Assembly (NCBI RefSeq): GCF_006345805.1
Contig: NW_021834205.1
Span: 17,448 to 81,447, forward strand
Direction of reading: 5' to 3'
From: Octopus sinensis
Taxonomy: Eukaryota
Length of the DNA stretch: 64,000 nt
Of this stretch, positions 38,969-52,213 are shown piece by piece (within the stretch, counting starts at the first letter, position 1; every line of letters begins with the position of its first letter). The translations under genes were made by a program, and so were the position numbers. Under the pieces are notes generated by a model. The model was not told the DNA's origin. It was given only the letters and a program-made list of their open reading frames with translations, and did no database searches.

Positions 38969-39881
38969 TCAGCATGATTCAAAGAAGGTAACTTTACTTA
39001 CTTCAATTCTTTATGATGTAGCTTACTGTCAATTAATAAATACGATAGGGCCCAGGGCCCTGATTCGTTCGTTGGCTTCACAGGTCTAGGGGCCCAGGGC
39101 ACTGATTCGTTCGTTGGCTTCACAGGTCTAGGGGTCCAATTCTGAATTTTGAATGTTGTAGCTTGCTCTCAATGAATATATACAATAGGACCCAGTGCAT
39201 TGATTTTCCCGAGGGGATGGGGTTCTATAATCTTGCTTCAACATCCCTGGGTAGAAGAAGACATTTAAAGGATCGACGTATCACAGGAATGTTTGAATGA
39301 TTTTTATCTTATGTTCAAGATATAAGCAATATAGAATTAAGATCTTGCGGTTTTCAATCATACGCACATGATAGCGAGAACCACGCATTTGTACGCCTTA
39401 ACCATTGCGAAACGCGCATGTGCAGCACACATGTATCAATTGATAGTACTTCAGCTTTCTATTCCCATGCATATGGCAGCAACTCTCACGTTTATTGTAT
39501 GCCTTATCTTTGTCCGTGTGTGTGTGTTAAAATGTGCCCACGGGCATATGGTGTAGTGGTTAAGAGCGCGGGCTACTAACTCAAGATTCCGAGTCGATTC
39601 CACGCAGATCTGGATCATGTTGAGAAGAAGAAGAAGTATGAAATGAGGAGGAAGGAGAAGAAAAGAAGAGAGAAGAAGAAGAAGGAAGAAGAAGAGAGAG
39701 AGAGGAGGAAGAAGGAAGAAGAAGAAGGAAGAAAGAAGAGGAGAAGAAGAAGAAGAAGAGAAGGAAGAATAGAAGAAGAAGAGAGAAGAGCAGAAGAAGA
39801 AGAAGAAGAGAAGAAGAAGAAGAAGAAGACAGAAGAAGAATAATAAGAAGAAGAAGAGAAGAAGAAGAAGGAAGAAGAAGA

Positions 39882-40030
39882 GATCGAAAATACCTTAGGA
39901 ATGAGAACCAGGTTCGAAATTTCCGTAAGACACCTGATGAAGGCTGGAGGGTATATCAGCCGAAACGTTGTGTTAACAACAAAGATGAGGACAAATATCT
40001 GTCAATTGTAAATAATGTAAATAATGTGTG
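39882..40030 (+). mobile_element. Penelope-like pseudo-LTR fragment
   Basis: Carries a hammerhead core followed by a gtaaataatgtaaataatgt reiterated tail. Confidence 0.6.
39929..39974 (+). ncRNA. Minimal type-I hammerhead ribozyme, near-canonical
   Basis: gacac CTGATGA a ggctg-gagggtatat-cagcc GAAA c g TT gtgtt; palindromic AACGTT stem III. Confidence 0.75.
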
Positions 40031-40398
40031 TACATATGTATGTTTATGATAAAGAGAGTAAAGTTTAAAATCCAGTTGCACTTTCAATTGACGAGCTTTA
40101 TGCTTACAAAGGTCTTCGGAAGCGTATAAATGATCTTGTATATAAAAGTGTAACTTACAATTTAGACAACGGTTGATATTAGTTGGCCTAACATTCTCAC
40201 ATTTCAATGTATTTATGGAAAGTTTTATGAAGTAAAATTAAATGCAAAAGAATTTCAATATTCCTGTGTGATGGCTGAATTTACTGACTGTCCGAGAAAA
40301 TCCCTGGTAATATTTCGGTACGAGAGCTTATATTCTGTGTTCAAATTTCGGTTATGTTGATACATTTCATTCTTCGAGAAAACAGAGATGCAGAAGTA

Positions 40399-40914
40399 TC
40401 GGGTTGTCCGGAAAGTTCATGCCGATTTTTAAAGGAAAGAAAAAGGTCAATAAATACTTGCCATTACATTTTTAACCAACCAAATTTGAACTATTTTGTT
40501 GCACAATGCGTCTCCATCTTTCCTTTAACTTGAAAATGCCCTCTTCCCAGAATCGAGGTGATTTCATGACAAAAAATTCATCAAGGTATCTTTTTACGTC
40601 ATCCAAGGAATTGAAATTTTTACCATTAAGACTATTCTGCAGAGACATGAATAAGTGGCAATCTGAAGAAGCAATATCTGGTGAATATGGAGGGTGGGGT
40701 AACAGCAATTTTTGTCTGGTTCCCAAAGCATCAAGTGCCGAAAATGAACTTTCTTATCTTCCATTTTAAAGGGTTACATAATCAACACAAGATAGCTTAA
40801 ACTGTGCTCTAAATGGAGGTGTAGTCAAATCCTATTTTATGGACTCAACCATGTTCTAAAATAAGTCGATAAGTAAGCTACTATAAATCGGCACGAACTT
40901 TCCGGACAACCCAA
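40399..40914 (-). mobile_element. Internally deleted mariner transposon with 30-bp TIRs and TA TSD
   Basis: TIR ttgggttgtccggaaagttcgtgccgattt at both ends; MEDKKVHFRHLMLWE N-terminus joined to LPHPPYSPDIASSDCHLF..WEEGIFKLKERW C-terminus. Confidence 0.95.
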
Positions 40915-41184
40915 TAGTAAAGTATCTGGTATTAACCCATATATGCCCATAAGAAAATTTCACTGTATTTAGATTAAGTGTTATGGTAAGCTTTCGCAAT
41001 GTGGACGAGAAGGACAGTGTACAACGGTTAGCTACTGGTGTTGACTCCCTACTGGACATTTCATATGCTCAGTTAGATGCTTCCCGGTGAGTTCATGTCC
41101 AAACAAGTAGGGGCAGGTTTTGTGTTGCGAAAACACAACTAGAGGTATATGCGATACATATTTCATTCAATATTTGCCTTTATT

Positions 41185-41300
41185 AAGGTGGTGCTTTGGC
41201 AGAATCGTTAGGTCATCGGTCAAAATGCTTAGTATTTCTTCTAACTCGTTATGTTCTGAGTTCGAATTCCGCCCAGGTTGACTTTGATTTTCTTCCTTTT
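41185..41300 (+). mobile_element. SINE family B, 5' fragment
   Basis: tggcagaatcgttag..ctgagttcgaattccgcc. Confidence 0.75.
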
Positions 41301-41304
41301 TGGA

Positions 41305-41724
41305 TCTCTTTTACTCTTTTACTTGTTTCAGTCATTTGACTGTGGCCATGCTGGAGCACCACCTTTAGTCGAGCAAATCGACCCCAGGACTTATTCTTTG
41401 TAAGCCTAGTACTTATTCTATCGGTCTCTTTTGCCGAACCTCAAAGTTACAGTGACGTAAACACACCAGCATCGGTTATCAAGCGATGTTGGGGTGGGGA
41501 TAAACACAGACACACAAACATATACACACACACGCACACATATATATATATACATATATCCGACGGGCTTCTTTCGGTTTCTGTCTACCAAATCCACTCA
41601 CAAGGCTTTGGTCAACCTGAGGCTATAGTAGAAGATACTTGCCCAAGGTGCCACGCAGTGGGACTGAACTCGGAACCATGTGGTTGGTAAATAAGGTTCT
41701 CACCACACAGCCACTCCTGCGCCT
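41305..41724 (-). mobile_element. SINE family A, full length
   Basis: Full head and tail. Confidence 0.95.
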
Positions 41725-42139
41725 ATAGTAGGCGATAAAATTGAGCACAGGGATCGATGTTATCGAGCAGCCTCTTCCCCACAACATTTCAGGCCTTGTG
41801 ACTAGAGTAGAGAGGAAACATTTACCGCCATTGCTGATTGCGTTACGTAACCGACGTCTGATCTTGATCGCTCCCGTTTTCTTCGTTAAGAACCTTAAGT
41901 GACTTCGGCTGAACCCAGTCGTTAGCTGGTTTATATTAATGCTGAAGTTACGCCTGCATTACCGATATGTGTGTGTGTGTGTGTCTGTGTCTGTGTGTAC
42001 ACATATATATATATAGATAGATAGATAGATAGATATACACACATTATATATGCACCATATATATATTGTATTATATATGTATTTATCATTATTGTTATAT
42101 TTATTATTATTATTATTATTGTTATTATTCTTATTATTC

Positions 42140-42187
<48 letters not shown>

Positions 42188-42188
<1 letters not shown>

Positions 42189-42953
42189 ACTTAGATAAAC
42201 TTAGATATGTTTCGACCAAAGATTGGTCCAGGCCATGTCTAACTTAATAGCACCACCTGATAGGATTATTCGAATCCTGTTTAAGTCAAGTTTTGTTCAA
42301 GTAGTGAGTTGTATACAATTATGGGTGGCTTATCTGGTATTCTTTGAAGGAATCTATCCAGACTCTGTTTAAAGTTGATGGGATCCTTTTCCTCTTTGAT
42401 CTCCATCGGGACAATGTTAAATAGGGCAGGGCCCTTTGAGGAAAAGAAATTATGTTGTAGTGTACATGTATGTGGTGATCTTGAATTGGGCAGGGGACGT
42501 ATGGCCCGTGGTCCCACTCTTGGATGAACCTTGAAGCTAATGTTAAGGTCGTTTGAGCAAAGTTGGCGGTATATTCTCCACATCGTACAAATGATGTACC
42601 GCTCACGGTGACGCTGGAGGGAGTAAAGTTTCAAGGCTTTAAGGCGATCCCAATAATCGAGAGCAGCCATGCCTTCAATTCGTTTAGGGAGTGCCCTCTG
42701 GGGTGACTCAATTCTGGAGATGTTTTGTCTTGTATGGGGAGACCACAGTGGGCAGCAGTATTCAAGGTGTGGCCGTACAAAGGAGGAAAAAAGGTATGAT
42801 GACACCTTGTTCTCTGGACCGGAAAGTTCTTAAGATCCAGGAACTCATCCTACGAGCTGTATCGACCTTCTTGTTGATGTGTGCACTCCAACTGAGATCG
42901 TCATCAACAATTACACCCAGGTCTCTGATATTGTTAGAGGCTGTGAGCGGTTC
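42188..42953 (-). mobile_element. CR1/L2-like LINE 3' fragment
   Basis: FSSFVRPHLEYCCPLWSPH..LKLYSLQRHRERY..; tatctaag tail; homologous to the 29882 copy. Confidence 0.9.
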
Positions 42954-42969
42954 ATTATTATTATCATCA

Positions 42970-43033
<64 letters not shown>

Positions 43034-43038
43034 CATCA

Positions 43039-43094
<56 letters not shown>

Positions 43095-43095
<1 letters not shown>

Positions 43096-44482
43096 TATGT
43101 TTGACTTTTGCTTTATATTTGTACAAGTTGGCTCCAAGTCTCACCCAGAGACCTCAAGAGACAACAGGGTTGAAAGTTCATGTTGTTGTTATGCCTAGTG
43201 TGCCATATATTTGGGGGGTGGGGGTGTTGTACTAATGAATGTCTAAAAAAAAAATTTTTTTTTTTTTTAAACCGAAAATTACGTTTGTTTTAAACCTTGA
43301 GATTACATAGAAAGTATTTTGCGTAGGATATGAGCAGTTCCCATGAGCACTATCTTTTGAATTTCTGCCATTTTTGGGTTTCCTGGTATCTGAGTTAGGT
43401 AGCTATCTGCCCCTTTTGCTATCATTCCCAGGGCACCTATGACAACAGGTATTGTTTTAGTTTTCAGCTTCCACATTTTGCTGATTTCTATTTCAAGATC
43501 TTATATTTGCTCAGTTTTTGGTAGGTCTTGACAGATACGTTTATATCGATTGGGACAGTCATATCAATGAGGAGGCATGTTCTTTGTTTGAAGTCTTTCA
43601 ATATGATGTCTGGCCTATTTGCATCTATCTTTCTGTCAGTTTGAATGGCGAAGTTCCAGAGGAGTGAGATGTGGTCATTTTCAAGCACTGGGGGTGGTTT
43701 GTGTTCCCACCAGTTTTTTTCATGGGGCAAATCCAGGTTTTTACAGATTACCCAGTGAATATATTGTGCAGCTCTATCGTGCCTGTTGAGATATTCTTTA
43801 GGCGCTAGAAGACTGCATTGGAGACCACATGGTCAATGGTTTCATTTTGTTGCTTGCATACACGACACGTTGGACTGCTTCTGATCTTTAATATGTTGGC
43901 CTGGTAGTTTCTTGTTGGTAGGCATTGATCTTGAGCTGCTATGATAAACCCCTCTGTTTCAGATTTTAAGCCAGAGGCCATTAGCGATTGATGGGTCAGG
44001 GCTTTGTCAACATCTGCATTATTTGCTCTCTTTGGGTATTTGCCATAGAGAGGTTTTTCTTGCCATTTATCATTCAGAATATCTAAGGCCGCAGATTTAG
44101 CACGGGTTTTCATGCGCTTAGCTTTTTCTGGGCCTGTTTCTTGTATGTCTATCTCTAATTCCGAAATTTGTTGTATTCGGAATTCACTTAGATATTCCTT
44201 TGCCTGTTTTGTTACTGCGTATGATGCTTTCTTGTTTTCATGTTTTGAGACAAGTTTTAACATCCAGTCCTCAGAGTTTTTCAGGTAGGTGTCTAGGCCA
44301 ATTGTAGCAATCTTCATTGTTATTGCCAGTTGTAAAAGTCCACGGCCTCCCTCTTTTCTTGGCAGATAAAGTCGTTCTGTATCTGCCTTAGGGTGGTGCA
44401 TTCTATGCATTGTCAACAGTTTTCGTATTTTTCTGTCAAGATTACATAGTTCAGTAATTGACCAGTTAACGATACTGAAACT

Positions 44483-44483
<1 letters not shown>
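43095..44483 (-). mobile_element. R4/Dong-like RLE non-LTR retrotransposon, 5'-truncated, embedded in (TAA)n
   Basis: HHPKADTERLYLPRKEGGRGL, GLKSETEGFIIAAQDQ, CRVCKQQNETIDHVVS (CCHC), ANRPDIIL..CLLIDMTVP (PD-D/ExK); (ATT)n at 42955-43094 and 44485-44541. Confidence 0.92.
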
Positions 44484-44541
<58 letters not shown>

Positions 44542-45072
44542 GAGTGAGAGAGCAGTGCATGCCATCAAAGTGACACTGGGGTAAAATTTACGAAGCCCAC
44601 TATACCCATCATGACTACCCGTCTGATAAGGGTACACCAGGCACATGCATCACAACCATATGTGCGCAACATGGTGATTTCATATCAAGATAAACAGCCC
44701 TAGTTAGAGGCCTAGTTAGAATTTTCTTCTGGTCGAATAACCCATCCCACTCAAAAGGTCCCTGAATAAGGATTGTGTAAGGATGTTGAACGAACCACCC
44801 ATGTTTCCAAAGGTGAATTATCCAAACCTCTAAGAATTCCTTTCAACACACGGCTATGATGCTCCCCCACTACTTCTGCTCGTGATCAGAGATGCACATA
44901 TCGTCAGCCACTAAGTGACATGCTCAACTGGTTAAGGTTAAACAACTGACAAGCAAATCTGTGGTATTGAGCAGAATATTTGCTGTAGTCCATCTTTTAT
45001 ACCAAAACAAAACAGTTCTAATCAGTTAAGATCAAAAGCTATGAGAGCCACTGCCTGGTACTGCATCAGGGC

Positions 45073-45073
<1 letters not shown>
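44542..45073. mobile_element. Second full copy of the (TAA)n-associated non-coding element
   Basis: Colinear with 7291-7829; (ATT)n on both sides. Confidence 0.9.
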
Positions 45074-45074
<1 letters not shown>

Positions 45075-45114
<40 letters not shown>

Positions 45115-45139
45115 TATTATTATTATTATTATTATTATA

Positions 45140-45174
<35 letters not shown>

Positions 45175-45221
45175 CATTATTATTATTATTATTATTAATA
45201 ATATTATTGTTATTTTTGTTG

Positions 45222-45271
<50 letters not shown>

Positions 45272-45320
45272 AATAATATTATTGTTATTGTTGTTGTTAT
45301 TATTATTATTATTATTAATA

Positions 45321-45376
<56 letters not shown>
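45075..45376. repeat. (ATT)n array
   Basis: Directly visible. Confidence 0.97.
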
Positions 45377-45378
<2 letters not shown>

Positions 45379-45660
45379 ATACATATATGTATGCTGCCTA
45401 GTTTTAGCCATTTACAAAACATCAATCATTTTTGTATATTAATTATTGTAAATAAAAAATAATAATTAATAAAATAACAGTTGAGTTGTGTTAATAATTA
45501 ATTTCTAATTAGTCGGTCCACTTTTATATTTTCCGTGACCTCTTGTAAACAATGGGTCATGGAATCAATTAGAGTGTTGAAGTTGTTTACAGGAATTTCA
45601 CACAAGAATTCCTTGATATTTTTCTTCCCTTTCTGCCTTCTTATCCTCCTCCTCCTCCTC

Positions 45661-45722
<62 letters not shown>

Positions 45723-45792
45723 TCTACTACTACTAATGTTGCTGCTACTACTATTACTTCTTCTTCTCCAACTACTACTACTATTAATGTTT

Positions 45793-45840
<48 letters not shown>

Positions 45841-45870
45841 TTTCTTCTACTACTACTAATATTGCTTCTG

Positions 45871-45922
<52 letters not shown>

Positions 45923-46362
45923 TACTATTTTTGCTCATCATTATAATCATTATCATCATTGCAATAGCCATCGCTATTAACACCATCATCATTATTATCA
46001 TCATTACCATCGTCATCGTCATCATCATCATCATCATCATCATCATTGTCATCGTCATCATTTTATGATTTTCCCTTGCTTTCGATGACTGAAGAATTGA
46101 TCCCAGAACACCAGGTTCGCTCACTTGAAAGTAAATCGATGCATCGTATATGATGTGTACGAATGAACCTTATGTTTGCGTAATATCTGACTACGTATAA
46201 CAAGTTGATGAAATCTCAATAACAGACAGTCCAGCAAGCTCTCATCCCACCCTCCGGTCAGCCAACGAGTGTGTCTCTACATCCTACCAGCAAGAAACAG
46301 CAGCCAAATCACCTATAACTGTACCATTTTACCCAAAAAATGGGAAAAATACATTGAATAAT

Positions 46363-46556
46363 GTAGGAATGGCTGTGTGATAAGTAGCTTGCTTACCAAC
46401 CACATGGTTCTGGGTTCAGTCCCACTGCGTGGCACCTTGGGCAAGTGTCTTCTACTATAGCCTCGGGCCGACCAGAGCCTTGTGAGTGGATTTGCTAGAC
46501 GGAAAATGAAAGAAGACCGTCGTATATATGTGTGTGTATATATATGTATATATATA

Positions 46557-46634
<78 letters not shown>

Positions 46635-46854
46635 TGTGTGTGTATACGTTTGTGTGTCTGTGTTTGTCCCCCAACATCGCTTGACAACCGATGCTGGTGT
46701 GTTACGTCCCCGTAACATAGCGCTTCGACAAAAGAGTCCGATAGAATAAGTACTAGGCTTACAAAGAATAAGTCCTGGGGGTCGATTTGCTCGACTAATG
46801 TCGCTGCTCCAGCATGGCCACCGTCAAATGACTGAAACAAGTAAAGTAAAAGAG
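46363..46854 (+). mobile_element. SINE family A with a ~130-bp internal (TA)n(TG)n tract
   Basis: Full head and tail. Confidence 0.92.
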
Positions 46855-46899
46855 TGATCTATAGAGAAGAAAGAACCTGAAACCTTGTTTATGAAGAAG

Positions 46900-47215
46900 G
46901 AGGTTTAAGATCTCCTTGGTGGCATATGCACCAGGCTTTTCATTAGGGCTGAATACAGCTCATGATTTGAACACATGACTAAAGAGGAGATTTGTGGATA
47001 TATTCTGGCCGTCTCGTCTATTATTGTTTTAATAGGAGTTGCTATGGTGCTGAGCAGCAACAGATTATATCAGACGTTGTGATGTGGAGGCTTCTGCGCC
47101 CAAATACAGGAAGAAAACCGTTCACCTACATTGGTGCTTTTGGCTGGAATACACAACGGCAAGCTAAAGATCCAGTAAAGCTAACGGGAAACCGAGATGC
47201 TTGGTGAAGGGATTG
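46900..47215 (+). mobile_element. RTE-like LINE extreme C-terminal fragment
   Basis: CYGAEQQIISDVVMWRL...GRKPFTYI...NRDAW resembles RTE C-termini (GHC.R....SD.LLW...GRP..TY.D...DR..W). Confidence 0.55.
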
Positions 47216-47820
47216 TGAGGTGGATCTTGGTTGTGAATGCTTGAAGCATGTTGCCCAGGGTATACTCTTCTTGAAAACAAAGCCGGGAATCATGGTTTGG
47301 AATTATTTTTGAAAATAGGTTTGATCTCTCGGTGGTTACGTAGGATGTAGAGTGTGGGGCTATATAGCATCACCACCACCACTAACAACAACTACAACAA
47401 CAACAACAACAACAGCCGTTCAAGAATTTGGACCTGGAGATCTCCATTTCCAGCGACTTCGAGGGCCACCTTGCAGTGCTGTCAGGCTTCAACGAAGAGC
47501 CCTCGAGTACAACAAGACGACAAAAGTTTTTTTTCCAAGGTCTGGGGTCTCACGCTCCTAAGCCCTAAACCATCACATAATCACCCTTACCCGTCTTGTT
47601 GCTTAACAACAACAACAGCAACAACAACAAAAGAAAAACAACAGTAACAACAACAAAAATCCACCTCCTTCACTCTACAATGTTCCTTCCAGAGTATACA
47701 CCATTTGTCTTCTTGCACCAACATAATTTTGAGATTCTAAGAAACAGCAGCACATGATGTCGTTTCGATAATTGAAACAATGAAACTGAAAGTTCTTTAA
47801 ATAAAAATAAGCCATGCTGC

Positions 47821-47862
47821 TCCAGACTGATGACGAGCATGACTCAGAAACTAGTCTCTGGA
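47821..47862 (+). ncRNA. Minimal type-I hammerhead ribozyme, near-intact
   Basis: tccaga CTGATGA c gag-catga-ctc a GAAA c ta g TC tctgga; perfect 6-bp stem I, palindromic ACTAGT stem III. Confidence 0.75.
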
Positions 47863-48599
47863 TGCAGGCTTAGCTGGATGGGGGTGCTTGTCTCCCCCTT
47901 GTAAACATAAGGATACAGGAAATGTGTTAAGGCCGACAGGAAGCGTTGATGCTTCCTAGGGCTAAATAGCAGTGGGGTGGAGTGGTTCCCTTTTTGGGAC
48001 TGTCACGTTAAGTTGACAGTATACAACAGCTCTATCGTACCACCACTGCTTATATTTTCGCTGAGATATTGAGAAATGCAATATTTCTTCTTTTTTTACG
48101 ATCACATTCCCAAAACCATCACATTCGCAAAACTTCAGTTTTCATACAAGTTGACTTCTCTATCATTATTCCAATTCCAAGAAACAGCAACGAAATCTCC
48201 TGCAAATCACATCCGACGGCCATAAATCTGTATTCCTTGACTCGCTGAAAAAAAAAAGATGACAGTATAGTTACAAAAAGAATTGTTTAGAATCTAATGT
48301 TTTCTCAATTCAAGATTGCCTAGGGCTAACTATCAGCACCAGCATCATTACTATCACTACCAACCACGGATCAAGGGTCAGTGTCCTCGTCTCATTAAAT
48401 GCAGAATCCTTATTTGTCTTCTCCAACGTCATGGACTTATCTAACTTCAACCATTTAACCACAATTAATAGCTTTTAATTAATAGCTTCTAATTAATAGC
48501 TTTCATATTGCGATATTTATGATTTTAAACTGCTGGGTCCAAATTACTGAACCCGTATCATAGTTCTGTATTAATTGTGTCTCTGACTCACTCATGATA

Positions 48600-48657
<58 letters not shown>

Positions 48658-49439
48658 TTCTTTTTCTCCCTCTTCATGCACGGAAACACACATACATACA
48701 CACGCACGCACATACATGCACACACACGCGTACACATACACACACACGCGCACACATGCATACACACTCTCAGACATATGTATGCGTGTGTGTGTATGCG
48801 TGTGTGTGTGAATGTATGTGTGTAAGTGTGTGTGCGGAGAGAGAGAAAGAGAGAGAGAGAGAACTGTCATGAGTAAGTCAAAGACAATGCAGAACTATGG
48901 AAACGGTTAGCTAGCTAACGAAATAGATAGATAGATAGATAGATCGATAGACAGACAGACAGACAGACAGACTGACTGGCTGACTGACTGACTGACAGAC
49001 AAACTGACTGACTGACAGACAGACTGATAGATATGACTGTATGTATGTATGTATGATTTTCCTTAGGTTCTTAAGAGAGTTCCAGCTGGCCGCTTGTGTT
49101 GGTGTGAACCGTAGATGCATACACCTAAGTGTTTGCATATACTCACATAAGAATCTCACATGGAGCATTTTTGGAATGTCTTACAAACGTTCTCTGTGTT
49201 GCTAACAGATCGGATTTAGAAAATTCGCTTCAGTTTTTTTTACTCTATCGTCGTGAAACCGATTATTTCTAGGTTTTTGTGCAAATTTGCTGCTACATAA
49301 ATTAATGCATCTATGATGATAGGAACAAATGAAATTTATAGTCGGGCTACAAGAGCTGCAAGTTTTGCATTAATTCAGCATTAACATTCTATGTATGCAT
49401 GCATGCATGTATGTATGTATCTATCTATGTATGTTCTCG

Positions 49440-49830
49440 CTCTCCTTTTAATTAAGAGTAAAGTTTCACCGACCACCTATTTGGTATCAAGGCTGTGAAA
49501 GAGAGCATCTTGTTTTGGCCGTCAACCTTTAAACCTTAACAACATCTTGCAGATCTTTATAGTCCCAGATATCGAGATCGTTTGTAACCTATGAATTAAG
49601 GATTTGCGTTCCACACCCAAGACATCAGGTTCAGTCTTACTTTACCCCAGACAGATTGGTATGTGTCCCCTTGTTCTAATAATAATGGGTGTGAAGCCGA
49701 TAGTGTATTTTGGGTACTGGATTTTCAAACTCCTTATCAATGGTCCATCGATGTCCTCTTTCTCCCTTGTATTTTTGTAATCACATTCGTGTCCAGAGGG
49801 CATCTGGCTTCTACAACAGAACATTTTTTG
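49440..49830 (-). mobile_element. RLE-type LINE C-terminal fragment (third lineage)
   Basis: VVEARCPLDTNV..KEDIDGPLIRSLKIQYPKYTIGFTPIII..GHIPICL..LIHRLQTISISGTIKICKMLLRF; flanked by (TATG/CATG)n. Confidence 0.55.
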
Positions 49831-49862
49831 TGGTATGTTATGCATGTATGCATGCATGTATG

Positions 49863-50400
49863 TATGTCCTTATTCAGATAATTTCAGAATTTCTTGCCAA
49901 CAGAGAAACAACTGGTAGAAACTAATCTAAGGTTCCTTCATGTATGCGTGCATGTATGTATCTATGAATGTATATACGTACGTATGTATGTATCTATATA
50001 TCGATGTATCTATGTATCGATGTATGTGTATGCATGTACTTATGTATATAAGTATGTATATATGCATGTATGTATGTATATATGTTTGTATGTTTGAATG
50101 TATGTATGTATGTATGTATGTATGTCCTTATTCAGTTTATTTCAAGATTTCTTGCCAACAAAGAACCACTTTCTAAGCTAGATCTAAGGTTCCTTCATGT
50201 ATGCATGCATATATGTATGTATGTATGCATGCAAGTATGCATGTATGGATGTATGTACGTACATGTGTATGTATCTATGCATCGATGTATCTATGTATAG
50301 ATGTATGTGTATGTATGTACTTATGTATATAAGTATGTATGTATACATGTATGTATGTATGTATATATGTTTGTATGTATGTTTGTATCTATGTATATAT
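49863..50400. repeat. ~258-bp tandem duplication of a unique module plus (TATG)n
   Basis: tatgtccttattcag...tcttgccaac..gatctaaggttccttc at 49863 and 50121; related module near 51560. Confidence 0.8.
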
Positions 50401-50881
50401 ATATGTGTATGATTGCATGTACGCATGTATGCTTGTATGTATGCATGCTTGTATGTATGTATGTATGTATGTATGTATGTATGTATGTATGTATGTTTCT
50501 ATGTATGTATACTGCTCGACTGGGTTAAACGTTAAACAGTTTCCATGGTAACAAAAAATTTACTAATGGCTGAAACACCAAATACACTGACATTCACAAC
50601 CACATCGCCATTCCACTACCATTCCCATGATAACCATGACCATGACCATCACCATCAATACTGATATCTCCTCCACCACCACGACCACCAGTATCATCGC
50701 CATTACTTGTACTAACACTACAACCATTACCACCGCCATGGACACTGCTTCGAGCAACAATATTATCCCTCCCACCACTACCGTCACCACCACAACCACC
50801 ATCACCAATAATACCATCGTTACTGGCATCATTACGGCCACCAACACCATAATTTCAAAACTACCACCGGCTCTATCACTG

Positions 50882-50944
<63 letters not shown>

Positions 50945-52019
50945 CACAACGACCACTAACCACCACAACTATTATCACCAACACCACCACTACAAATAGG
51001 TGTACTACTACTACTTCTACTACAACCGCAACTGATACTAGAAGTACAACTAAACTTCGGTGGAAAATCAATAATGATTAAATCTTCTGTCCAGTATTGG
51101 TAAACCAATCCAATACGGAGTGACCAACACGAACTGACCAACTGTAAAATCCGACCAAGATTCCACAAACGGACAGAGAAGGATTAACGCTCAGACTTGT
51201 CTCTCGGTTGCCATATCTGAGTTGGTTCGTTAATAATCTCTAACTGTCCATGAACCGAGGATTTGGGATGTGCCGAGAACGGAGGTTAACCAGTGCAGAA
51301 TCACAGAAGTAAGAACATCAAAACTCCAAGGTACTGCAGTTCTTTGATTTAGAAAAAAAAAAGAAGAAAAAAGAAAAGAAAAACAGAGAAATAAAGCCAT
51401 GTCATAGGCAAGAAATGGTTTACAAACATGAACACGCGCACGCACACACAAACACACACTCACATATATACATGCATTTATTTATGCATGTATGTATGAA
51501 TGAATGCACCCAAACCTGTATGTATGTATGTATTTATATAGTTATGTATTCATGTATGTATGTCATTATACAGTTTTATTTGAAGATGTCTTGCCAATAA
51601 AGAAAGAACCGGTTTCTAACCTAGATCCAAGGCTCCGTCATTGGAATTTCAACATCAACAACAGGGTAGTTTTGTATATATGTATATATGTATATATGTA
51701 TGTATGTACGTACGTTTGGTGTATGTGTGTGTGTGCGTGTGTGTGTGTGTATACGTGCAGATTTGTATGTTTTCTTTTACGTATGTCTTCGTATGCATTG
51801 AGTTGCATATCTAGACATGCTCATTCATACTTAAATGATAAACTTCTGGAAAGTTTTACAGATTTTTACAGTTCCAGTGATAGCTTGAATTTGTAGTGTT
51901 GAAATCAGCTTTCTCCTTTCTGGTTTTGAGAAACCTAATTTATCAAGATTGGTATTTAGGCAGTGTGTTACATATTCCAGGGCCCCATATGTATGTATGT
52001 ATGTAAGTATGTATGCATG

Positions 52020-52050
<31 letters not shown>

Positions 52051-52171
52051 TGTATGTATGTGTATGTATGTATGTATGTATGTATGTATGTATGTATGTA
52101 TGTATGTATGTATGTATGTATGTATGCACGTACCTACGTACATACATATGTATGTACGTATGCATGCATGC

Positions 52172-52212
<41 letters not shown>

Positions 52213-52213
<1 letters not shown>

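Noticed and set aside
39537-39605. tRNA-like sequence (tggtgtagtggttaagagcgcgggctact...)
   Set aside because: T-arm and acceptor stem are incomplete; better read as a SINE head fragment. The same applies to all other A/B-box heads
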